Assembly (NCBI GenBank): GCA_045803545.1
Contig: JBJMOW010000005.1
Coordinates: 1,024,001 to 1,088,000 of the forward strand
DNA: 64,000 bases
Direction: 5' to 3'
Source of the DNA: Gemmatimonadaceae bacterium
Lineage (GTDB): Bacteria; Gemmatimonadota; Gemmatimonadetes; Gemmatimonadales; Gemmatimonadaceae
In this document: piece after piece, positions 57,211 through 64,000 of the stretch
Layout: the number at the start of each line of letters is the position of its first letter
Position numbering within the stretch: position 1 is the first letter of the stretch
The notes under the pieces: model-generated
What the model was told of the DNA's origin: nothing
The model's database searches: none
What the model saw: only the letters and a program-made list of their open reading frames with translations
Position numbers and translations under genes: made by a program

Positions 57211-57236
57211 TGACAATGGTTGGGGGGAAAGGGTTG
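57211..57236 (-). promoter_or_regulatory. Candidate autoregulated ECF promoter AACC-N15-TTGTC
   Basis: Minus strand caacc ctttccccccaacca ttgtca just upstream of the sigma ATG. Confidence 0.55.
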
Positions 57237-57280
57237 AGGTTCCCATTAAGGGCGGCGTAGAGGCCTCGGCACGTAGTTAC

Positions 57281-57443
57281 CAATCACAAAACAAAAGCCC
57301 GGAGCTACCGGCGAGGCAGCTAGTTAGCGCCGAGCACGGTTGAAAGCACGCTTCAATAGATCGCGCGCCGCGAAAAAATCAAACCGCGCTCGGCGCTTAG
57401 CTGCTCCCAAAGCTGGTAGCTCAGGGCTTTTGTTTTGTGATTG
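57281..57443. repeat. 163-bp imperfect palindrome (MITE/REP-like element or structured RNA)
   Basis: 32-bp terminal inverted repeats with 2 mismatches, plus nested 7-bp and 16-bp stems. Confidence 0.8.
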
Positions 57444-57484
57444 CCCGCCATGAGCGCCAATCTTTGCGCCGAGACAGGGCGGGC

Positions 57485-58525
57485 CTATTTCCGCCCGAGC
57501 AGCCTATCCCAGGCTCCCCCCGCTAAGCCGAGAGCATACTCCGCCCACCACTTCCCCGCCGCCGGCCCGCCCCCGCACGTTCCGTCAGACTCACCGGGAG
57601 CTTTGATCCACAGGAATGCGTCCACGAGCGGATTCCCCGTGCGCGTGGTCGGCGTTTGACCGATTCGCTGGCCGGTTGGATTGCACCAGTTGCCGGAGTT
57701 GGTCGCGTTCTGGCCATTGCGACTGGTGTCGATCACGAAATGCTTTCCGCCGACCCGCTTGGAGACCTCCATGCCGTACGCGACGTTCACCGAGGTGCCG
57801 AGGAAATTGGAGATATTGAGACTGAATCCATCGGCGTCGGCGATACCGGCGCGAGTCAGCCGGTTCGCCATGTCCGCGGGATTCACCCACTTCGCGTGAC
57901 CGGCGTCGATGTAGACCGCCGCGCCTTTCGCCTTGAGCACGCGCACCGCGTCGTGAATGAGATCCATTCGCTCTTGCTGCTGTTGCGCATTGAGGCAGCT
58001 CATCCCCGCGAGCGCATCGGGTTCGAGAATCACGACTGCTTTGCGGTTGCCGATGCCGTTGGCGAATGAGCGAATCCAGCGTTTGTACGCATCTGCGCCC
58101 CCCGCGCCCCCCGCCGAGTATTGACCGCAGTCGCGATTGGGAATGTTGTACGCGACGAACACCGGCAACGCGTTGGCGCCGGTGATTCGTGACACCGCGC
58201 TCGAGACATCGCGGCCGATGTCGACGTTCCATCCACCCATCCACTGCGCCAGCGGCTGTGCGGCGATCTTGTCCATCAGCGCCGCATCGGATGGACGGCT
58301 GTTACGCCACGCGTCGGCCTGGCGCTTTGCCGAGGAAGCGGGATCCACGAAGAGCTTGGCGCCGGAGAAAAGATTGATGAAGGCGCGACTCACCGTCTGG
58401 GCAGTGACGGGCCGGGTGCTCGCCAGCGAACACACCGCTATCGCCAGCGCTACGGAGGTAGCGTTGCGAGCTCTTGCGGAATTGTGCGCGCGCATTGCAG
58501 TGCGCGCAGTAGGAGTACGCGGCAT
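57485..58525 (-). CDS. Glycoside hydrolase family 6 (endoglucanase-like), secreted
   Basis: YNIPNRDC, ILEPDAL, YIDAGH, IDTSRNG, WCNP, LWIKAPGESDG; start uncertain. Confidence 0.92.
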   Translation of the reverse strand: MPRTPTARTAMRAHNSARARNATSVALAIAVCSLASTRPVTAQTVSRAFINLFSGAKLFVDPASSAKRQADAWRNSRPSDAALMDKIAAQPLAQWMGGWNVDIGRDVSSAVSRITGANALPVFVAYNIPNRDCGQYSAGGAGGADAYKRWIRSFANGIGNRKAVVILEPDALAGMSCLNAQQQQERMDLIHDAVRVLKAKGAAVYIDAGHAKWVNPADMANRLTRAGIADADGFSLNISNFLGTSVNVAYGMEVSKRVGGKHFVIDTSRNGQNATNSGNWCNPTGQRIGQTPTTRTGNPLVDAFLWIKAPGESDGTCGGGPAAGKWWAEYALGLAGGAWDRLLGRK

Positions 58526-58685
58526 AGCAGGCAAAAACGCTCACGAGCACTGTGACCAGAGAGCCACAGCCGTGATCGGCGAGATATAATCCGTTAAGCG
58601 ACGGCGCGGTACTCACCGCACCCGCTCCATGGTGATACACCCTCTCACTCTGCTGTTCCTGAACGCTCGCGAGTTTTCCGCGCCG

Positions 58686-58701
58686 AGGCACGCGCCCTGC
58701 T
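58686..58701 (+). promoter_or_regulatory. Candidate sigma54 -24/-12 promoter
   Basis: AGGCACGCGCCCTGCT = GG-N10-GC about 70 nt upstream of the SRPBCC gene. Confidence 0.55.
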
Positions 58702-58773
58702 TTTTGTCTATCTCCTTTTTGGGCGCGAGAGAAAGGCTTTCGCAGAACCTGCAGCTATGAAGTGAGGGTAAAC

Positions 58774-59832
58774 ATGGGCACCGAGATTCACAGCGAAGTC
58801 GAGACGAATGAGCTTCCACTCTCGCATCGACCCCGGCGGTCACAACGTACGAATACGAAGGCAGCGGTTCGAGGAGCTCCGGACCACTACAGCGAGACGC
58901 AGGAGACTGATAAGGACCCGGTCACCCAAGCGCTTGGATGGTTCAGCATCGCCCTCGGCGCTGCCGAGCTTCTCGCTCCCGGCGCGGTCGCGCGAGTGAT
59001 TGGCGTGGACGAGGAAGAAAATCGCGGCCTTCTCCGCGCATACGGAGTACGGGAGCTAATCGCCGGCGTCGCCATCGTCAGTCGGCCGAAGCCTACCTAC
59101 TGGATGTGGAATCGTGTGCTGGGCGACTGCGTCGATCTCGCGTCACTTTACCGCGCGATGGGCACGCCCGGCAACAATCGCGTGAAGCTCGCTGCCGCAA
59201 CCGTCGCCGTTCTTGGCGTTACCGCGATGGATATCGCGTGTAGCGTTCAGCTCACCAGCGAGAACAAGCCGAGCACGGGACACGATGCGGGAAGCTTCAT
59301 GCTCCCCGAGACTGTCGATGGCACTCAGCTGCTGAGCGCCGTGATCACGGTCAACAAACCAGTGAACGAGGTTTACGCGTTCTGGAAAGATCCGACCAAC
59401 TATCCTCAGTTCATGAGCTCGCTGGAGTCCGTACACGTCACCGGCGATGGCAGCTCGCACTGGAAGGTGAAAGCACCGATCGGCCTCACCGTCGAGTGGG
59501 ATGCGCAGATGGTCAACGACGTGCCGAATGAGCTCATTGCGTGGGAGTCTGTAGATGGTGATGTGAACAACACCGGTACGGTACGGTTCAAAGAGGCCGC
59601 TGGAAATCGCGGCACCGAAGTCGAGCTGCAAACCCAGTTCAAACCAAAAGCCGGTCCGGTGGGAGCGAAGATCGCGCAGCTCTTCTCCACCGTTCCCAAG
59701 ACCCAATTGTCGAACGATCTTCGTCGCTTCAAGCAGTTGATCGAGATCGGTGAAGTTGTGAAGTCCGACGCTACCGCCGTTCCGGGGCTGCACCCAGCTC
59801 GGCCACCCAAGTACAGCGAAATGGAGGCTTGA
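58774..59832 (+). CDS. SRPBCC (cyclase/dehydrase) family protein with N-terminal membrane region
   Basis: LGWFSIALG, VYAFW...PQFM, SHW, EWDA, LIAWES, DLRRFKQLIE.GE. Confidence 0.88.
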   Translation: MGTEIHSEVETNELPLSHRPRRSQRTNTKAAVRGAPDHYSETQETDKDPVTQALGWFSIALGAAELLAPGAVARVIGVDEEENRGLLRAYGVRELIAGVAIVSRPKPTYWMWNRVLGDCVDLASLYRAMGTPGNNRVKLAAATVAVLGVTAMDIACSVQLTSENKPSTGHDAGSFMLPETVDGTQLLSAVITVNKPVNEVYAFWKDPTNYPQFMSSLESVHVTGDGSSHWKVKAPIGLTVEWDAQMVNDVPNELIAWESVDGDVNNTGTVRFKEAAGNRGTEVELQTQFKPKAGPVGAKIAQLFSTVPKTQLSNDLRRFKQLIEIGEVVKSDATAVPGLHPARPPKYSEMEA

Positions 59833-59835
59833 GCG

Positions 59836-61008
59836 ATGAGAGCGACCTGCTGGGAAGGTGCCAAGCACGTGAAAGTCGAGGACGTGCCTGATCCGAAGAT
59901 CCTGAACGACGGCGACGCGATCGTGCGAATCACATCAACCGCGATTTGTGGCTCCGACCTTCACCTCTTCAACGGCTTCATGCCGACGATGGAGCACGGC
60001 GACATCCTCGGACACGAATTCATGGGCGAAGTGGTCGAGATCGGCAGGAAGGTGAAGAAAGTCAAAGTCGGTGATCGCGTCGTCGTGCCGTTCCCGATCG
60101 CATGCGGCGCGTGCTGGAGTTGTCAGCATGACATGTGGTCGTTGTGCGAGAACAGCAACCCGAACGCGTGGATCGCGGAGAAAATGCTGGGTCATTCGCC
60201 TGCCGGCGTCTTTGGCTATTCGCACATGCTGGGCGGGTTCGCCGGCGGACAAGCGGAATATGCGCGAGTCCCATTCGCGGACATCGGTCCGCTGAAAATT
60301 CCTGAAGATCTTTCTGATGAAAAGGTGCTATTCCTGTCCGATATCTTTCCGACCGGCTACATGGCCGCCGAGATGTGCAACATCAAGCGTGGCGACACCA
60401 TCGCGGTTTGGGGTTGCGGGCCGGTCGGACAATTCGCGATTGCGAGCGCGAGACTGCTGGGTGCCGAGTACATCATCGCGATTGACCGTTTTCCGTATCG
60501 CCTGCAGATAGCGAGGGAACGGGCAGCAGCTGATGTAACAATCAATTACGAGGAGACGAACGTCCTCGAGGCGATCAAAGAGCTGACCGGAGGACGCGGC
60601 CCCGATGCCTGTATCGACGCAGTCGGACTCGAAGCACATACGCCCGGCTTGCAAGGCTTGTATGACAAGGCTAAGCAATCAATGAGATGGGAGAGCGACC
60701 GCATCAGCGCACTCCGCCAGGCAATACTGTCCTGTCGCAATGGCGGCACCGTCTCGGTGATCGGCGTTTACTCCGGCTACGACGACAAGTTCCCGCTCGG
60801 GTCGGTGATGAATCGGTCCCTCACCATTAGGACAGGACAGTGCCATGTGCATCGATACATGAAGCCGCTCCTGGAGCACATCAAGAACGGTGACATCGAT
60901 CCAAGCTTCGTGATCACGCACAGAATGTCGCTTGAAGATGCGCCTGTGGGTTACGACATCTTCAACCACAAGGAAGACGACTGTCTTAAGGTAGTTCTTC
61001 AGGCGTAA
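59836..61008 (+). CDS. Zinc-dependent alcohol/formaldehyde dehydrogenase (YbdR-like)
   Basis: ICGSDLH, GHE, C..C..C.......C, SDIFPTG, GCGPVG. Confidence 0.92.
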   Translation: MRATCWEGAKHVKVEDVPDPKILNDGDAIVRITSTAICGSDLHLFNGFMPTMEHGDILGHEFMGEVVEIGRKVKKVKVGDRVVVPFPIACGACWSCQHDMWSLCENSNPNAWIAEKMLGHSPAGVFGYSHMLGGFAGGQAEYARVPFADIGPLKIPEDLSDEKVLFLSDIFPTGYMAAEMCNIKRGDTIAVWGCGPVGQFAIASARLLGAEYIIAIDRFPYRLQIARERAAADVTINYEETNVLEAIKELTGGRGPDACIDAVGLEAHTPGLQGLYDKAKQSMRWESDRISALRQAILSCRNGGTVSVIGVYSGYDDKFPLGSVMNRSLTIRTGQCHVHRYMKPLLEHIKNGDIDPSFVITHRMSLEDAPVGYDIFNHKEDDCLKVVLQA

Positions 61009-61052
61009 GGGTCTGGAACATGCGCGGCTGCGGGTGATACACTGTGCCGCGC

Positions 61053-61499
61053 ATGTCCAGACCTGACGAAACTCCGCCTGAGGTCGAGAACACTCCGCAC
61101 CCCGACATATCGCGTCAGTCGCCGTGGAGATTGCTGGGACGTGCGCTGCTACTGCGATGTCCCAACTGCGGTGCAAAGCACATCTTCACCGGCTTCTTTG
61201 GTCTGAAAGAGCGTTGCCCGAACTGCGGGATGTTGCTGGAGCGCGGTGAATCAGACGCGTTCATCGGGGCTTACACACTAAATCTGATCGTCGTCGAAGT
61301 CCTGCTCGCCTCAGCGTTCCTGATTGTGATGTTGGTAACCTGGCCGACGCCGCCGTGGGATGCGCTGGAGTGGGGTGGCGTCGCGCTCTCCATTCTTGGC
61401 GCGATTCTCTGTTATCCGTTCGCCAAGACAACCTGGCTGGCGATCGACTTGATGTTTCGACCACAGCGCCGCGAAGACTTCATCACACGGGTGAAATAA
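61053..61499 (+). CDS. DUF983 family membrane protein
   Basis: Two CPNCG motifs followed by two TM helices. Confidence 0.82.
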   Translation: MSRPDETPPEVENTPHPDISRQSPWRLLGRALLLRCPNCGAKHIFTGFFGLKERCPNCGMLLERGESDAFIGAYTLNLIVVEVLLASAFLIVMLVTWPTPPWDALEWGGVALSILGAILCYPFAKTTWLAIDLMFRPQRREDFITRVK

Positions 61500-61525
61500 A
61501 AAAAAGCGAGACATCGCAGTCTCGC
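61498..61525 (-). terminator. Terminator of the DUF1906 gene
   Basis: gcgagac/gtctcgc stem next to an A8 run. Confidence 0.65.
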
Positions 61526-61544
61526 CGTTCAATTTGTCACCGCT

Positions 61545-62522
61545 TTATTCGCCCACTGGCACCGAAGGCGACGGAAGCATGGCGACGTTGACGTCGATTG
61601 GGAGCTTCACGCCGTTGTGAGTCTCGACGACGTCGAGGATACCTTGCCACACCTGCGCGAAAGAATGACCGACTTCGGTCGGATTCTTGTCGGGCGCAAA
61701 GCCGCGACCGCTCGCGATCCAGAATGGCGGATCCTTGGAAATGCCCGCCGCCGTGTAAACCTGCTTCACATCGCGGTAAATGAGATTCGCGTTGTAGCTG
61801 TGCGCGTAGTAACCGGGCGTAAAGCGGCCATCGGCAAGAACTCGCTGGGTCCACGCTTCGTAATAGCCGCGCATCGCCCCGGGCACGGTCTCCATGCGCT
61901 CGATGTCGAGGAAGATGACCGTGCCGTTTGCAAATCCTTCGGCTGCAGTCTTGGTTATCGCGTCGCTCGCGTCGGCGGTTCCGCGCGACGCGCTCACGAA
62001 CTGACTCGAGCAGGACGCGTTCGGCGTAGCACGCGGCGCGACGACGACTCTCACCGCCACGCGCTTATTGACGTAACGCACCACCCGCTTGCCACTTTTC
62101 AGCTTCACTGTCGTGCGGACTCTTTTCGTCACATACCGGGTGACAGTGACCTTCTGTCCCGGTATCCTGCCCCACGTTTGTTGGCCGACGTAGATCACCG
62201 CCATTCCCCAGCCCATATCTGTCAGAGTCTGGCGCTTTCCTTCCCAGGTGTCGTCGGTGTGACAAGGCGCAGATAAATAGTAGCCGACCCAGCTGTATGG
62301 CTTGTCGGCCGTGAGCCAGGCCTTCATCGCATCGTCACCCGGGTAAGCGAAAGTGTCGAAGCCGAGGTGGGGACCGGTATCGGACAGATCGTCAGCAATG
62401 GTTTCTGCGGCGGTCGACACCACTTCATCGATCGACGGCGCTTGAAGCGGAGTCGTACCCGTACTCACAATCAATCCTGCTGTGAGTAATGCGAGGATGG
62501 ACCGCCAGTCAATTTTTGGCAT
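61545..62522 (-). CDS. DUF1906 (Rv2525c/GH25-like) putative peptidoglycan hydrolase
   Basis: Signal peptide, GFDT..YP, WVGYYL, IYVGQQ, IFLDIE, VWQG, IDVN. Confidence 0.8.
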   Translation of the reverse strand: MPKIDWRSILALLTAGLIVSTGTTPLQAPSIDEVVSTAAETIADDLSDTGPHLGFDTFAYPGDDAMKAWLTADKPYSWVGYYLSAPCHTDDTWEGKRQTLTDMGWGMAVIYVGQQTWGRIPGQKVTVTRYVTKRVRTTVKLKSGKRVVRYVNKRVAVRVVVAPRATPNASCSSQFVSASRGTADASDAITKTAAEGFANGTVIFLDIERMETVPGAMRGYYEAWTQRVLADGRFTPGYYAHSYNANLIYRDVKQVYTAAGISKDPPFWIASGRGFAPDKNPTEVGHSFAQVWQGILDVVETHNGVKLPIDVNVAMLPSPSVPVGE

Positions 62523-62774
62523 TGCTGTCCCCCAACTCGAATAGGCGGGATGGTGACACGCGTCGATTCCACGCGTCACGTGGTCGTTTCGGCTATACCC
62601 GCTCAATTGAGATCGTTCCGCTGACCTCTTCGCCTGTCCCTGGCAGGTGACAGATGAGCGCGGATATCGGTTTGTTAGCTCTTTAACTGGTGGGCATTCA
62701 ATAACTTAGCGTTTTGGCACGGCTGGCTTTGCTCATGCCAGATAAGGGGCCCAACCTCTTCTGTGGAGTCGCTT

Positions 62775-63944
62775 ATGCACCACCTGCGACGCGTTTTGGT
62801 AGGCCTCTCTGGAGTCCTATCGTATTTGGCAGTACCCGTTGCTCTTCACGCCCAAGCAGCCGGGGGTGTTGAGTTGTTCGGGGCCCTCGATAGCTCGGAC
62901 CCCGTAACCCGTACGCTCGGCGGATTATCGCTTAGTCTGGGAACGCCGTATGTCGGAATCCGAGGTAGCGGGGCGATCGGTCAGTCGACATTGACTCCGC
63001 AGTTCGGTGGGACGACCGCCGGGCCATCGGACGTCGTCTGGTCGACGAATGCCGACCTCCTGCTTGGTCCAATGAACGCCGGTCTTGGCGAGGGGTTCAT
63101 GCCCTACACTTTCATCGGTCTTGGGCTCGAGAGCGCGGCACAGCCAACCACTTTTACTGACGCGATCCGTACGTGGGGATATGGTGGCGGAATCCAGCTC
63201 GGCCTGGGCAGCCTCGTGTCGGTGAACGGTGAAGCGAGATTCAAACGCCTCGCTGCACCAGCGACCTACGCCGACTCGCAGTTCGTGCGCGGCGTCGAAT
63301 ACCGCGTCGGAATCGGTTTCCACTTTGGCGGCGGACGTTCGCGATCTTCGGTTTACTCGCGTCGCACCGTCGATCGACCGCCGAGTGCATCTCGTCCAAC
63401 ACGCGCACCATCGCGCACCAGGATCAACTGGCCAGTAGTCAACACTACCTCTGCGGCCGGCGCCGCTCGCAGAGTTGTGCCGACCGCGGAACAGTACATC
63501 GGCGTCCCTTACGTGTATGGTGGAACATCGCCCCGGAGCGGCTTCGATTGCTCGGGGTTTGTTCAGTATGTGTATGGGCAAAACGGGATCGACCTGCCGC
63601 GCACGTCGCGGCAGATGGCTGGGACCGGCGTTGCGGTGTCTACCCGGGCGCTCGCGGTTGGCGACCTCTTACTGTTTCAACAGGGCGGGCAGATCAGTCA
63701 CGTCGCGATATACGCGGGCAATGGACGTTTCATCCACTCTTCGTCCAGCGGACGCGGCGTGCGATATGACGACTTTAACACACGCCGCGGCAGCTGGTTC
63801 GCCGATCATCTGGTTGCCGCTAGACGGGTAACTGGTGACAGTCGCATATTTGGTAATACCTTCGGCAATGCACTGGCTGGCGGGTCCGTAATCGCGTTCG
63901 ACCACCTGGATCCCCCCGACAGCGCCCCTCCACCGTCCAAATGA
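62775..63944 (+). CDS. NlpC/P60 (C40) peptidase with N-terminal outer-membrane beta-barrel-like domain
   Basis: Signal peptide, PYTFIGLG...YRVGIGFHF, then GVPYVYGG, FDCSG, LPRTS, HVAIY, FIHS. Confidence 0.87.
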   Translation: MHHLRRVLVGLSGVLSYLAVPVALHAQAAGGVELFGALDSSDPVTRTLGGLSLSLGTPYVGIRGSGAIGQSTLTPQFGGTTAGPSDVVWSTNADLLLGPMNAGLGEGFMPYTFIGLGLESAAQPTTFTDAIRTWGYGGGIQLGLGSLVSVNGEARFKRLAAPATYADSQFVRGVEYRVGIGFHFGGGRSRSSVYSRRTVDRPPSASRPTRAPSRTRINWPVVNTTSAAGAARRVVPTAEQYIGVPYVYGGTSPRSGFDCSGFVQYVYGQNGIDLPRTSRQMAGTGVAVSTRALAVGDLLLFQQGGQISHVAIYAGNGRFIHSSSSGRGVRYDDFNTRRGSWFADHLVAARRVTGDSRIFGNTFGNALAGGSVIAFDHLDPPDSAPPPSK

Positions 63945-64000
63945 GCGACTCCAAGTCCGAACTCCGCCCATTCAGCGACCTTGAAAAGCCGCACCCGGTC
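63941..64000 (+). CDS. 5' end of a CDS running off the window (MSDSKSELRPF...)
   Basis: ATGA overlap with the NlpC/P60 stop; frame open to the edge. Confidence 0.5.
   Translation, partial: MSDSKSELRPFSDLEKPHPV

Noticed and set aside
62523..62774. c-di-AMP (ydaO) riboswitch or sigma54 promoter for the NlpC/P60 gene
   Set aside because: The ydaO blocks are absent; TGGCACGGCTGGCTTTGC has the wrong GG-GC spacing on +, and the minus-strand GG-N10-GC has a poor -12 element (AAGC)

Overview
High-GC bacterial chromosomal window; the gene content and order suggest Gemmatimonadota (inference). It is mostly core genome: mog, gcvT, argF, an interrupted topA-trmFO-xerC-hslVU cluster, aroCK, and a type IV pilus locus (PilS/PilR-like pair, three minor-pilin-like genes, pilMNOPQ, a large lipoprotein). 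It also carries csp-infA, several peptidases, an ECF sigma/anti-sigma/HEAT-repeat operon, a GH6 glycoside hydrolase and two cell-wall hydrolases. No tRNA, rRNA, CRISPR array or transposase was seen. The strongest hidden signal is an exported, Cys-free peroxiredoxin-fold gene (51319-51921), split in the ORF track by an in-frame TGA at the peroxidatic position. A SECIS-like hairpin follows the TGA, so this is a probable selenoprotein, and it lies next to tlpA and ccdA/dsbD. Other notable structure: (1) a dispersed CGGGA(A/G)G heptamer repeat family that enters the N-termini of trmFO and probably xerC; (2) a duplicated ~90-bp structured upstream element in front of two HYR-repeat paralogs; (3) a 163-bp imperfect palindrome; (4) a shared AACC-N15-TTGTC ECF-type promoter motif; (5) an unlisted 49-aa ORF. 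Start codons were refined by eye and some remain uncertain.
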